A stretch of 64,000 nt of DNA from Candidatus Woesearchaeota archaeon (GCA_038891615.1 JAWADY010000001.1:160001-224000); one strand, 5' to 3'; positions 1-10,043 are shown, numbered from the stretch's first letter. Notes: generated by a model from the sequence alone, not told the origin. Numbers and translations: made by a program.

Positions 1-104
1 TTTATCTTTGCAAGCCCTTTTAACAACGCAAATTTTTAAATCCATCGATAACAAAAGAGAATGCAAAATGTTTATCATGCCTGCAAAACAAACAAAAAAG
101 AAAA

Positions 105-1262
105 ATGATATACGAACCTCGTGAGGATAGCTTTTTATTACAGGAATGGGTTAGAAAGTTTGCGAGAGGAGTTGTGCTTGATGTTGGCACAGGCTCTGGA
201 ATTCAGGCAGTGACAGCAGCTAAAAAGAGAACAGTAAAAAAGGTTGTTGCAATTGATATTTCAAAGGAAGCAGTTGCACAGTGCAAGAAAGCCATCAGAA
301 ACAAAAAAATTACATTTCTACAGAGCGACCTCTTTTCAAATGTTAAAGGGTCATTTGATACAATAATCTTCAACCCTCCTTATCTTCCAACAGAGCCTGG
401 AATACCCAAGGATGTTAGTGTTGAAGGCGGTAGAAAAGGCTACGAAACCCTAGTGCGTTTTCTCGAAGGAGCAAGCAGGTATCTTAAGCAGGACGGAATA
501 ATACTTATCGTTTTTTCTTCACTTACAAAAAAAGCAAAGGTCGATGAAGCGTTAAAAAACTACATGTTTGAACACAAAACACTTGCAACGCGAAAGTTAG
601 CCTTTGAAGAGCTTTATGTTTATCTCATCACTAAAAGCCAACTGATGAGGACTCTTGAGAAAAAAGGTATTTCAGACATAAGATATTTTGCAAAAGGAAA
701 AAGAGGAGTTATCTACACAGGCATAATGCATGGAAAAAAGGTTGCGATAAAGGTAAAAAGAATGGAGAGTCTTGCACTTGGGCGGATAAGAAATGAAGCA
801 AAAACGCTAAAGATAGTAAACAGACTCGGAATTGGTCCAAAGCTGCTTTTAGCAGGTCCCGGTTTTGTTGTTTATGAGTTTGTTGAAGGAGAATATTTGA
901 AAGACTGGATTGTTGATGCACGACAAGACCAGGTAAAAAAAGTTTTCAATAGCCTTTTTCAGCAAGCGTATAGGCTTGATAAGATATGTCTAAACAAAGA
1001 GGAAATGCACAGACCATTCAAGCATGCAATTGTAGGTAAAAATGAAAAGGTCACATTGATTGATTTTGAACGCGCAAGAAAGGTCAAAGCAAACAAGGTA
1101 AAAAATGTAACACAGTTGTGCCAATTTGTTTTTTCATTACAAAAGCTGCTCGAGAAAAAAGGGCTGAAGATTGATAAGAAAAATCTTTTGTCATTAGCAA
1201 AGTCGTACAAGGCAGAACCTTCAGAAGAAAGACTTAAAGCAATTATTAGGCAGATTGGGTAG
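105..1262 (+). CDS. HemK2/PrmC-like SAM-dependent methyltransferase fused to a C-terminal archaeal Ser/Thr kinase-like (COG2112-type) domain
   Basis: N-half: YEPREDS, VLDVGTGSG, NPPY. C-half: FAKGKRGVIY Gly-loop, VAIK, EEMHRPFKH, IDFE. Confidence 0.85.
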   Translation: MIYEPREDSFLLQEWVRKFARGVVLDVGTGSGIQAVTAAKKRTVKKVVAIDISKEAVAQCKKAIRNKKITFLQSDLFSNVKGSFDTIIFNPPYLPTEPGIPKDVSVEGGRKGYETLVRFLEGASRYLKQDGIILIVFSSLTKKAKVDEALKNYMFEHKTLATRKLAFEELYVYLITKSQLMRTLEKKGISDIRYFAKGKRGVIYTGIMHGKKVAIKVKRMESLALGRIRNEAKTLKIVNRLGIGPKLLLAGPGFVVYEFVEGEYLKDWIVDARQDQVKKVFNSLFQQAYRLDKICLNKEEMHRPFKHAIVGKNEKVTLIDFERARKVKANKVKNVTQLCQFVFSLQKLLEKKGLKIDKKNLLSLAKSYKAEPSEERLKAIIRQIG

Positions 1263-1296
1263 TTAACTATCTAAATGCTGAGAGAATTGAATGGGC

Positions 1297-1812
1297 TCAA
1301 ACAAAAACTTTGTAGCCACCAAGCACTTCTAAACCATACTTTTCCTTGATTTCTTTTAACTTTTCGTCACTGCAACTATCAAGCTTTATAGCTATTCTTT
1401 CTCCTATTTTCATCAGCATCACTTCCTTTAACTTTGAACCATCTTCTTTTAGCAACCATTGTTCAAATTCTATGAGATTTTCCAACTTCGACTCTAGCAT
1501 GAGCTTATTCAGCCCCTTATCCGTTTCTTCAACTAGCTTCTTTGCATTTTGATAGATTCTTGTGAACGCCTTCCCTATCCTTGCAGGATCGCATTGGTCA
1601 AGTGGAATCCTGTTATCCTTACCTGGACCATTTAGATGCGTGTACATGATTCGCAAGAGCGCACGCTTTGACTGGATGTCAGCAGAAAAGTTATCAACAC
1701 GCACTCCAACTTCAGAGCACTTCTCAATAAAGCATTTCGCTCTTTCGTATTCACTCCAGCTTTTGTTGGCATAAAAGTAGAGGTTATCAAACATAACGGT
1801 TTGATGGTTCAT
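1297..1812 (-). CDS. hypothetical protein
   Basis: 171-aa ORF starting 8 bp after the tfb stop on the same strand; no recognisable motif. Confidence 0.6.
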   Translation of the reverse strand: MNHQTVMFDNLYFYANKSWSEYERAKCFIEKCSEVGVRVDNFSADIQSKRALLRIMYTHLNGPGKDNRIPLDQCDPARIGKAFTRIYQNAKKLVEETDKGLNKLMLESKLENLIEFEQWLLKEDGSKLKEVMLMKIGERIAIKLDSCSDEKLKEIKEKYGLEVLGGYKVFV

Positions 1813-1820
1813 TTTAAATC

Positions 1821-2747
1821 CTATTTACCTTTTTTCTTCTGTTGCTTTTTAAGCTCTTTTTCAAGCTTCAGTTTTTCAAGAAGTTCCTTGTACCTATTTC
1901 TGATTGTAACCTCAGTAACACCTGCAACATCAGCAACTTCCCGTTGGGTACGCTTTTCTCCGTGCATTAGAGCAGAAACATAGAGCGCGGCTGCTGCAAT
2001 ACCAGTCGGTCCTCTCCCCGAGGTTAACTCTTCTGCCTGTGCCCGTTCGAGTATTTCGACAGCTTTTGTCTGAACTTCCGGACTCAGCTTGAGCGAGCTT
2101 GCAAACCTTGCAATATAATCAGCTGGATTACTCGGGAGTATGCTTATTCCCAGTTCACGAGTGATAAAACGATATGTTCTACCAATTTCTTTTTTATCTA
2201 TTGCAGAAGCTTCAGAGAGTTCGTCAAGAGTCCTTGGAACCTCATGGCGTCTACAGGCTGCATACAACGCACCGGCTATAACCGATTCCATTGACCTTCC
2301 CCTAACAAGCCCACGTTGAACTGCTTGCGTGTAAATCATTGCAGCTTCTTCATCAACCGACTTTGGAAGTTTTAGAAAGCTTGAAACCCTTTTCAGCTCA
2401 GCAAGTGCGAGCTTGAGGTTTCTTTCAAGTGCAGTTGAAATTCTGTATTGCCATTTCCTCAAGCGAAAAAACTTGTTCCTATCCTTTGAGCCAAGCGCGA
2501 GAAGGTCTGACTTTTGACCAACTTCAGTGCCTATTCCCTGATCAAACTGTGTATAGGTAAGAGGCGCACCTGCTCTTGCTTTACTTTCACTGCCAGCTTC
2601 TGACTCAAAGTCGCGCCATTCTTGACCAAACTCAACCATCTTATCTTCAACAACAAGCCCGCAATCACGACAGATAATCTCGCCTTTATCGCGGTTAACA
2701 AAAAGATTTATGCTTTTGCATTCAGGACATTTTTTAATGTAATACAT
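1821..2747 (-). CDS. tfb: transcription initiation factor IIB
   Basis: CPEC...CRDCG Zn ribbon, EWRDF B-reader, two cyclin repeats (GRSMESV, GRGPTG), TQREVA..AGVTEVTIRNRYKE. Confidence 0.98.
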   Translation of the reverse strand: MYYIKKCPECKSINLFVNRDKGEIICRDCGLVVEDKMVEFGQEWRDFESEAGSESKARAGAPLTYTQFDQGIGTEVGQKSDLLALGSKDRNKFFRLRKWQYRISTALERNLKLALAELKRVSSFLKLPKSVDEEAAMIYTQAVQRGLVRGRSMESVIAGALYAACRRHEVPRTLDELSEASAIDKKEIGRTYRFITRELGISILPSNPADYIARFASSLKLSPEVQTKAVEILERAQAEELTSGRGPTGIAAAALYVSALMHGEKRTQREVADVAGVTEVTIRNRYKELLEKLKLEKELKKQQKKKGK

Positions 2748-2932
2748 TCTATTTCACCCCTTATTTCAAAAATTTTGTCTTTTGCGATAGGGCAACATAC
2801 AAATTATAAAATATATAACCCATCACAGTTAATTTTATAAATGATTTCGAAAAACAGTATATAAATCTTTCGGTTTTTGAGATATAAAGTAAAAGTCACT
2901 CAAGGTACAGGCTTACGAAACAATACCAAAAA

Positions 2933-3550
2933 TTAACAACCAAATTCGTTATCTATCTGACAAGCTGTAGAATTTACTTTTATTTTTGGAGTTCCCGGCT
3001 CTTTGCCCGTTGCAATATAATTTTCAACACTTGTTGTATTCCATTCATGTTCATGATTCCATAAGTTCCAGAAATACCGCCATTCATTCCAGCCTATTCC
3101 AAGATGTTTTACATAAATACCATTTTCAGCAAGCATCTTACCAATCTTTCTACCACTCATGCATGAAATGCTGTAACAGTAAACAACAATATCTTTATTT
3201 GGATTTTTTGCCCTCAGTTCTTTGAATGAGCTAACAATTCTCTTAACATCAACATAAGCGGGTGTGTTAGGGTCTTTGTAAGCAGGGATACTGACTGCTC
3301 CAACAATATGTCCCTTTTCATATTCTTCTTGGCTTCTTAAATCAACTAGAATAAAATTATCATCCCCTTTGTCCATGGCCTTTCTTATAGAATGTGGACT
3401 TACATGAACAGCGTTTTCAGTCAGATAAAAATCTTTTATTAGGTCTTCTTGGGTTGGGGTTTGTAGATTTAACACTAGAAATGTGGATAGAATTCCTGCT
3501 AATGAACCAAAAACAATTGCTAAAATTATTATTTTAAGCGATGATTTCAT
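2933..3550 (-). CDS. membrane-anchored rhodanese-domain protein
   Basis: N-terminal TM helix; LVDLRSQEEYEKGHIVGA and IVVYC rhodanese motifs. Confidence 0.85.
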   Translation of the reverse strand: MKSSLKIIILAIVFGSLAGILSTFLVLNLQTPTQEDLIKDFYLTENAVHVSPHSIRKAMDKGDDNFILVDLRSQEEYEKGHIVGAVSIPAYKDPNTPAYVDVKRIVSSFKELRAKNPNKDIVVYCYSISCMSGRKIGKMLAENGIYVKHLGIGWNEWRYFWNLWNHEHEWNTTSVENYIATGKEPGTPKIKVNSTACQIDNEFGC

Positions 3551-3808
3551 ATTTCATCTCTCCAATTTGAAATTAATGTACCTGGCTATTTTTAAATATT
3601 TTCTTTTTATGAAGGTAGAATCTTTAATAAAATTCAACGTATCTGCTACTTAGCTTAATCGCAACCAGCCACCTGTTTCTCCCCCCGCTGTTTCGCAAGG
3701 AATCGCCAAACTTGTTAGAATAAAGAATCCTCATAGAGGAGAACCAGATTTAAAATGAACAGAAAAGCCTAAGAAAATTTATATTTATCAAGCACTTTGA
3801 AAACCACA

Positions 3809-4915
3809 ATGAAAACAGGAATTGCATATCTTCCTTTGCATGGTGGGAGCTGCCCGGTATGGCTTTTTTCAAAAATGAAAGCCCTTTGCGGGGCCATTTC
3901 TGAAATAATCATAGAGGAATATGGCTTATCAGAGTTCTTGAAAAGGCTCTCAAATCCTTTTTTCTTTCAGTCGCTGGGTTGCGCACTAGGTTTTGACTGG
4001 CACTCCTCAGGCATTACAACAACAGTATGCGGCGCGCTGAAAGAAGCGCTTAATGAGAAAGAGCTGGGAATCAAAGTTGCAGGAGGAAAAGGAAAGACTT
4101 CAAGAAAAACGCCTACAGAGGTTAAATATTTCTCAGATAAGTTTAATCTTTCAAGCTCAAAATGCGAGGACCTGATTAGGGCATCGAGGCTCTCTGCAAA
4201 AGTGGACAACGCTCTTGTTCAGGACAACTACCAACTTTATCATCACACATTTATTTTGACAGAGAAAGGAGAATGGGCAGTAATTCAGCAAGGGATGAAT
4301 CCAGTTTGTGGCTTTGCTAGAAGGTATCATTGGTTGTCAAATTCAGTTACTGATTTTGTGGAAGAACCACATTCTGCTATATGTTGCCAAAGAAAAGAAA
4401 CAAATGTTTTGGATATAACCTCAAGAAATAGCAGGGAAGTCAGAAAGCTCTCATTAGATTTGGTAAAAGATGGTGAAGCAATTAAGTTTGTAGACAGGCC
4501 GCTAAACATTCAAAATCTCAAAAGCCGCTTGCCAGGCCTGCTAAAGATGCCAGCAAATCACTGGATAAAAAATGAACTTAAAATGAACGAAGAAACATTA
4601 AAAAGAGCTTCAGACATCCAACCATCAACATACGAAGAGCTCATCCTGGTTAAAGGTTTTGGCCCGCGACACGTAAGAGCGCTTGCACTGATATCCGAGC
4701 TTATATATGGTGCAAGCGCAAGTTGGAAAGACCCTGTAAATTTTAGTTTTGCACTCGGAGGAAAGGACGGCACGCCATATCCAGTGGATAAAAGGATTTA
4801 CGAAGACACAATCACAATTTTAGGAGAGGCTTTGCACAAAGCAAAGCTTGGACAAAATGAAAAGCTTCAAGCATTTGCACGATTGGGAAGGGCCTTTAAG
4901 GTGGAGCTACCTTAA
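3809..4915 (+). CDS. DUF763 family protein
   Basis: LPLHGG, DWHSSGITT, SAKVD, QQGM, ARRYHW, HhH-like VKGFGP, GGKDG.PYPVD. ATG at 3809 preferred over the TTG start. Confidence 0.9.
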   Translation: MKTGIAYLPLHGGSCPVWLFSKMKALCGAISEIIIEEYGLSEFLKRLSNPFFFQSLGCALGFDWHSSGITTTVCGALKEALNEKELGIKVAGGKGKTSRKTPTEVKYFSDKFNLSSSKCEDLIRASRLSAKVDNALVQDNYQLYHHTFILTEKGEWAVIQQGMNPVCGFARRYHWLSNSVTDFVEEPHSAICCQRKETNVLDITSRNSREVRKLSLDLVKDGEAIKFVDRPLNIQNLKSRLPGLLKMPANHWIKNELKMNEETLKRASDIQPSTYEELILVKGFGPRHVRALALISELIYGASASWKDPVNFSFALGGKDGTPYPVDKRIYEDTITILGEALHKAKLGQNEKLQAFARLGRAFKVELP

Positions 4916-4937
4916 GCTATAAAAAAGAAAAAAAGTT

Positions 4938-5927
4938 TTATTTAATCAGCCTTGAAGCTTTTTCTCGCAAAAGCCTTATCCTGCTGGCAATGTCGTTTGT
5001 TGAGGTGTTTTGAACCTCAGGCGTCCATTCGCCAACTCCATTCTCAACCAGCTTTGCAGAATGTTCCATCCCTTGCCTCTCAAACTCGTATAGCTCTTTA
5101 ACAATGCGCACAATTTCATCTGCTTGTTGGAACCTCTTTTTGAAATCCTCAAAACTTCCAAACTTGTTGTATTCTTGAACGAAAAGCCCGAGTTGTTCAG
5201 AATAAACCTTAGCTGCTAGCAAAAGCTCAGTATATTTGGCTAGCAACCCTTCAACAGCTCCGGCTCTAGCTTTATAGAATGCAAGTTTTGAAATTGCGAA
5301 CTCGGCATCATTTATGCGTTCCTTTGAAAAAGTATCCAGCCGTCGAAGATTGCTTCTCAGTTCAAATACCTCATCAGCCAGTCCTGGAATGTTCTCGTTT
5401 ATTGGATTTTTCTCAAGCAACTTTTTTCTTTCAGAACATTTGTATTCTAACATTGTTTGCAACTCTTCTCCTTTTTTTTGGGAAAGCTCTGCGCTATGGA
5501 TGTTTATATAAACGGCTCTTTCCAAAGCATCAATTGACTTGTTATAAAGCTGAAGGGTTTCTGTTGCGTTTCGGCAAAGCTCCTCAAGGTTTTTTGAAAA
5601 GGTAGAATAAAGTTCCCTTTTTTCAGCAGCTCTTTTTGTCTCAACACGCCTGCTTACATTTTCTTTTATTTCAGCGGCTTTTTTCGGACTTACTGCTTTC
5701 AAAATAAAGAGTTGAATTTTTTCAAGCAAAGTGTAATCTTTTTCCAACGGCGTATTTCCCCTACAGATTATTTCATAGAATTGCTTAAAGCGTTCAGATG
5801 AAGTATTGATTTTATCGTCAGGCACAAGCCTTGAGATTTCTGGAATTTTGGTTACATAAGTATTTAGTAACTGGTTAACACACTCACAAATCTCCTTAAC
5901 ATCTCCATTCTGAGTGTATGTCGGCAT
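4938..5927 (-). CDS. hypothetical coiled-coil protein
   Basis: Long helical E/K/L-rich ORF; GGAGGTG ribosome-binding site before the ATG at 5927. Confidence 0.7.
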   Translation of the reverse strand: MPTYTQNGDVKEICECVNQLLNTYVTKIPEISRLVPDDKINTSSERFKQFYEIICRGNTPLEKDYTLLEKIQLFILKAVSPKKAAEIKENVSRRVETKRAAEKRELYSTFSKNLEELCRNATETLQLYNKSIDALERAVYINIHSAELSQKKGEELQTMLEYKCSERKKLLEKNPINENIPGLADEVFELRSNLRRLDTFSKERINDAEFAISKLAFYKARAGAVEGLLAKYTELLLAAKVYSEQLGLFVQEYNKFGSFEDFKKRFQQADEIVRIVKELYEFERQGMEHSAKLVENGVGEWTPEVQNTSTNDIASRIRLLREKASRLIK

Positions 5928-5969
5928 GACACGCACCTCCTTTTATTTAAATTGAGCTTCTCATGAACC

Positions 5970-6314
5970 TTACTTGTTTTGGGTTAGCAGGTTCACAATC
6001 TCTTGCTCGGTGAACTCGCGCTTCTTTAACACAAACTCCTTTTCACGAACCAGATCGTCAAGTGATTTTTTCACATCCTCTCTAAACTCTAGCGCCTTTG
6101 CATAAATTTTGTTCATGTCATCATAGCTTTTGTTTGCTATGCGCTCAATTTCAATATTTTTAATCTGCTCGCAGTGCGCATAACCTTTTCTAAAACCGAT
6201 GAGTTGTCCTTTGTCAATTCCTTTGCCGTAATATAAGCACCCACCAACACCAAAACCTATCCCTCCATAAAAAGCAAGTCTTGCCAAAAACCCAACAAAT
6301 TGAGCTATTGCCAC
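5970..6314 (-). CDS. hypothetical protein with N-terminal Gly-rich membrane helix and coiled coil
   Basis: LAFYGGIGFGVGGCLYYG hydrophobic segment; AAGGAGGTG RBS before a GTG start. Confidence 0.7.
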   Translation of the reverse strand: MAIAQFVGFLARLAFYGGIGFGVGGCLYYGKGIDKGQLIGFRKGYAHCEQIKNIEIERIANKSYDDMNKIYAKALEFREDVKKSLDDLVREKEFVLKKREFTEQEIVNLLTQNK

Positions 6315-6495
6315 TTGTCACACCTCCTTTGAGATTGTCATTAAATTTTTTAATTTGTTGATTATTGCTTATGAAGCAGTTTTAATATTACTTACTGAGA
6401 GAAATTCGGAAAATGTTCGAATTAAACAAAATTTTTACCTAATGGATATAACTTTTTTGTTAGAAATGCAAACAAGAAAAAAACTTCCACAACAC

Positions 6496-6807
6496 TTATC
6501 GTTTTCCCAAGTCTGTTTTTGGGTTTTCCATAGGGTCAAGAGAATAGTGCTTAGATTTTTCAACAGATACGCTTGGGTCAAGTTGTGTAAGTGCTTTCTC
6601 CAGCTCTGAAAAGCTATTTTCAGATATATCCTTTGTTGATTTTCCAACAATCCAGTCTTTTAATTTTTCAGAATCAAAATAAGAGACTGTAAGACCACGC
6701 TTCTCAAGCTCTGCAGTAATGCTTTCTCTCAGGCCTCTAATGTTTGCGTTGTAATGTATCTTCAAATATTGTTCGCGCTGTTCTTCAAAAATGTCTTGTT
6801 CTGCCAT
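6496..6807 (-). CDS. hypothetical protein
   Basis: Start directly abuts the subtilase stop (translational coupling). Confidence 0.65.
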   Translation of the reverse strand: MAEQDIFEEQREQYLKIHYNANIRGLRESITAELEKRGLTVSYFDSEKLKDWIVGKSTKDISENSFSELEKALTQLDPSVSVEKSKHYSLDPMENPKTDLGKR

Positions 6808-8136
6808 TTAATCCACCAAGAGCTTAATCATCTTTTTAAAAATTTTGTATCCAATCACTTCACTGTGCTCTTCGGAGAGCGTTTGTGCAATCCCTACGGC
6901 AATGTCTGCCCTCACAAGGCCAGCACCATATTTTTCTTTTCTAAAGAATTCACCGGCACCAAGCGGAAGGCAACTATCTTTCAATAATTGCTCATAATAC
7001 TCTGGTCTTAAGCCCGGCTTCAAGCTTATAAGTAGCGCTCCAACACCTGCAGCGAGAGGAGCTGACATTGATGTTCCAGAATACTTTGCATAACGATTTG
7101 CAGGAATTGAAGATAAAATATCAACACCTGGAGCAGACAAATCGACACTTTCATCAATGTTACTGAATTCAGCATGTTTGTTTTCACTATCAACAGCCGC
7201 AACAGAAATCACTCCTTGATAAGCTGCAGGATAGCTTTTGCCCCAGCCAAAATTTCCTGATGCGGCAAAAACAAGGATGCCTCTTAAAACTGCTTCCTTA
7301 ATGATTTCTTCTTCAAGTTCTGAATACAAGGTAGAACCTATCGACATAGACATCACATTAACCTTTTTATTAATTCCCCATTCAATGGCACGAACAATAT
7401 CCACCTCGCTACCATAGCCATAACTGTTAAGGACTTTTGCTGAATAAAGGTCACAAAGAGTTGCGACGCCTGTATTTAAACCAGCCAATAGACCCGTGAC
7501 ATGCGTTCCGTGACCATTATCATCAAAAGGGTCATTGCTGTTATGTACAAAGTTATACCCCTTTTCAGGCTTGGCGAAGAGCTTGCACAACTCCTTATGG
7601 TTATAGTCAACCCCAGTATCAAGCACAAGCACTTTCGTTCCTTCCCCTTTTGTTACCTTCTGAGCTTCCTTTGCACCAATCTGCTCAAGATGACCAAAGC
7701 TGTTTGGTGATGAAAGCTCTTGTTTTGAAAAGCGCTCTGATAAAAGCAGTTCTGGAAGGAAAAAATTGTAAGCAAGCCTTGCATCAAAGCCCTTAGAGCA
7801 AAGCCTGTCGCGAATTTCTACAGCCTCTACCGCAGGCACCTGCATTGCTGCATAACCAATGCTTGAAAAGCAATAAAGCTGAAAACCAAATTCTTTTGCT
7901 AAAGAAGATACAAGCTCGTCGAGGCATTGGCCTCTTCCAACTTTTATTATAACTTCATGGAACTTTCTTCTCTTGTTTATTGCAGAATCAAGGATCTGCT
8001 TTCGTGCTTCTATTCCAAGCTGTTCTACAGGAATCCCAAGCTCTTTTGCTACAAACTTGTAAAGCTCAGAAAGCTCTGAAAAAAAAGATTTAAATTCCTC
8101 TCCAAGCCCTCTTTTTAGTTCATCAAAAACAGACAT
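6808..8136 (-). CDS. S8 (subtilisin-like) serine peptidase without an obvious signal peptide
   Basis: VLDTGVD, HGTHVTG and GTSMSAP catalytic triad motifs; AASGN oxyanion-hole motif. Confidence 0.95.
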   Translation of the reverse strand: MSVFDELKRGLGEEFKSFFSELSELYKFVAKELGIPVEQLGIEARKQILDSAINKRRKFHEVIIKVGRGQCLDELVSSLAKEFGFQLYCFSSIGYAAMQVPAVEAVEIRDRLCSKGFDARLAYNFFLPELLLSERFSKQELSSPNSFGHLEQIGAKEAQKVTKGEGTKVLVLDTGVDYNHKELCKLFAKPEKGYNFVHNSNDPFDDNGHGTHVTGLLAGLNTGVATLCDLYSAKVLNSYGYGSEVDIVRAIEWGINKKVNVMSMSIGSTLYSELEEEIIKEAVLRGILVFAASGNFGWGKSYPAAYQGVISVAAVDSENKHAEFSNIDESVDLSAPGVDILSSIPANRYAKYSGTSMSAPLAAGVGALLISLKPGLRPEYYEQLLKDSCLPLGAGEFFRKEKYGAGLVRADIAVGIAQTLSEEHSEVIGYKIFKKMIKLLVD

Positions 8137-8281
8137 GTCGTGGCTTTTGTTTTCGCTTAAGAAATTGATTTCCTACAAAAAATCGAAAAATATTTATCAC
8201 ATATGAATAAAATCTTTGCCCTTTGTAAAAAAGTTAAAATAGGGCTCGCACCATCAAAAGATTTTCAAAAAAAGCAAAAAT

Positions 8282-8509
8282 TTAGTCAGCGACTATCATC
8301 GTTGAAGTGAGCTTCACTCCCTTTATTCCACGAATCGTGTTCAGAACAAAAGGTCCAAGGGCTTCAGCATTTGGAACCTCTGCCTTTACGATAACATCCC
8401 ATTCTCCAAAAAGCATATGCGCGTCTTTTACTCCACTAGTTGCTTTTAATTGCTCAAACACGGTTTTTTCATGACCTGCATCAACTGCAATAAGCACATA
8501 AGCTAACAT
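8282..8509 (-). CDS. stand-alone Lrp/AsnC ligand-binding (RAM) domain protein
   Basis: AYVLI, LFGEWDVIVK, IRGIKGV..TSTMI; no HTH domain. Confidence 0.9.
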   Translation of the reverse strand: MLAYVLIAVDAGHEKTVFEQLKATSGVKDAHMLFGEWDVIVKAEVPNAEALGPFVLNTIRGIKGVKLTSTMIVAD

Positions 8510-8598
8510 TTTAACCCCCTTTAGTCTTCTAAGCGGTTAAACTATTTAAATATTTGCCTAAAAAAATTTTTATATGGTTTGATGAAAGGAATGCAAAT

Positions 8599-8693
8599 GC
8601 CCCTGTAGCATAGAAGCTATTGCGCAGCCTTGGTATCAACAAATTTGCTGCCAACGCAGGCTGAGGTCGCGGGTGCAACTCCCGCCAGGGGCT
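8599..8693 (+). tRNA. tRNA-Thr(GGT) with 22-nt intron (8636-8657) at position 37/38
   Basis: Acceptor GCCCCTG/CAGGGGC + T73; anticodon stem CAGCC/GGCTG; T-arm GCGGG-TGCAACT-CCCGC; relaxed BHB. Confidence 0.85.
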
Positions 8694-8818
8694 TACAAAA
8701 CAAAAATGTTGCAGCAATTCAGCATCCTAGCAAAATCAACGCTTTAAAAGAACCAAAATGTTTAAATAATGAAAATATTCCGACTTTACCTAAAATCGTC
8801 GATAGTGAGGTGGGGATT

Positions 8819-9583
8819 ATGTACAATGAAGTTGCAAAAGAATCTGAACTCTGGTTAAATCATGCAGAACAAATGCATGTCTGGTCATTGACTGGCTCGC
8901 TTGAATACGTTGTTGAAAGAGTAAAATCCTTAGAAAAAGAAACAGCGCCATGGTTAGGAAAAGATGCTGATTTCACAAAACTTGAGCTGGCATCGGCTTA
9001 TGATATCGCACAACTTAGGCTTGCATCAAATGAGTTGTACATAAACAATAGATCTGTTTGGATTTCAGAAAACATAAATTATTTTCCAAAAGAGAAAAAG
9101 GTTGTTATTGCAGCTAAAAGAAATAACCCAATTCTAAAGGGTTCAAATCCAGCCCTTGCAACTTATTGTCATAGGCAAGGAAGAGAGCTTGAGCTCGAAG
9201 AAAACATTGCCAAATCCCTTTACGATCTTGCAGAGAAAGATATTGCAAAGGCAAAAAGGAGTGGTGCATTACTCCTTTCGGAAATTCCATCATTTATTCC
9301 TTCAAACAGACTATCAGAAGAAGCCATCAGCATATTCCTTTTTGGAGACCTAGCAAAAGAATATGGCCTTTTCTTAAAAAAGCATGGCATCAAGAGCGTT
9401 CCTATTCATGTTCTAAAAAGAGAAGCATTCTGCACAGTTGATAAACCATTTGCTAAGCCTTTTCTGCTAACAGGATTGAAAGAGGGGTCGGCAATCGTCG
9501 GTGATAACGGAAATCTCTGCAGCATAGCCAGCCTCTTTTATGCAGTTCGCCGCATTTATTTCAACGGCCATGGAAATGTTTGA
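8819..9583 (+). CDS. hypothetical protein
   Basis: GAGGTGGGG RBS before the ATG at 8819; the longer ORF start overlaps the tRNA. Confidence 0.65.
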   Translation: MYNEVAKESELWLNHAEQMHVWSLTGSLEYVVERVKSLEKETAPWLGKDADFTKLELASAYDIAQLRLASNELYINNRSVWISENINYFPKEKKVVIAAKRNNPILKGSNPALATYCHRQGRELELEENIAKSLYDLAEKDIAKAKRSGALLLSEIPSFIPSNRLSEEAISIFLFGDLAKEYGLFLKKHGIKSVPIHVLKREAFCTVDKPFAKPFLLTGLKEGSAIVGDNGNLCSIASLFYAVRRIYFNGHGNV

Positions 9584-9647
9584 TTAAAGGTAGAAAACAA
9601 GAAAGCTTTAAATAATGCTTCTCGGTTATTTGACAAGAGGTGATATT

Positions 9648-9800
9648 ATGGCAACAAAAACACTTGGAGCAGTCATGTTGATCGGCGCGATTGTAGCAGG
9701 ATGGATTGCTTTGCGCGCTCAAAGATGGGATTCTGTTTTGCTTGCGCTTGTACTTTTTGTGATGTCAATTCACCATCTAACCACAAGAAAACATAAATAA
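9648..9800 (+). CDS. small two-TM membrane protein
   Basis: GAGGTGA RBS, upstream TTTAAATA box, two hydrophobic helices. Confidence 0.65.
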   Translation: MATKTLGAVMLIGAIVAGWIALRAQRWDSVLLALVLFVMSIHHLTTRKHK

Positions 9801-9820
9801 AATAATTCAAGCAAAGGGCC

Positions 9821-9938
9821 GGGCCCATGGTCTAGTGGTTATGACGTCTGCTTGACGACGCGCTTTTGCTCAAAAGATAAAAAGGCAAAGAGCGTGCCAA
9901 AATGCAGGAGGTCGCCGGTTCGAATCCGGCTGGGCCCA
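9821..9938 (+). tRNA. tRNA-Val(GAC) with 45-nt intron (9858-9902)
   Basis: GGGCCCA/TGGGCCC + A73; anticodon stem TCTGC/GCAGG; GGTTCGAATCC; hairpin intron. Confidence 0.9.
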
Positions 9939-10043
9939 TTAAAAGACTGCGATTCTTTTACGAGATGTTGAGCGCAAAAACCCAGTGGCAATATTTTTAA
10001 AGCAATCTTTATATAGTATGTCACAAAAAGAGGAAAAAACAGA

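Noticed and set aside
3650-3760. Possible HTH gene relic (VSPPAVSQGIAKL)
   Set aside because: Too short and weak to support without a search.
8630-8634. Reading the 8599 tRNA as Pro(TGG)
   Set aside because: The stem register CAGCC/GGCTG places GGT at 34-36, and U73 with a GCC start fits archaeal Thr.
8630-8818. N-terminal extension of ORF 8630..9583
   Set aside because: Overlaps tRNA-Thr; the RBS supports a start at 8819.
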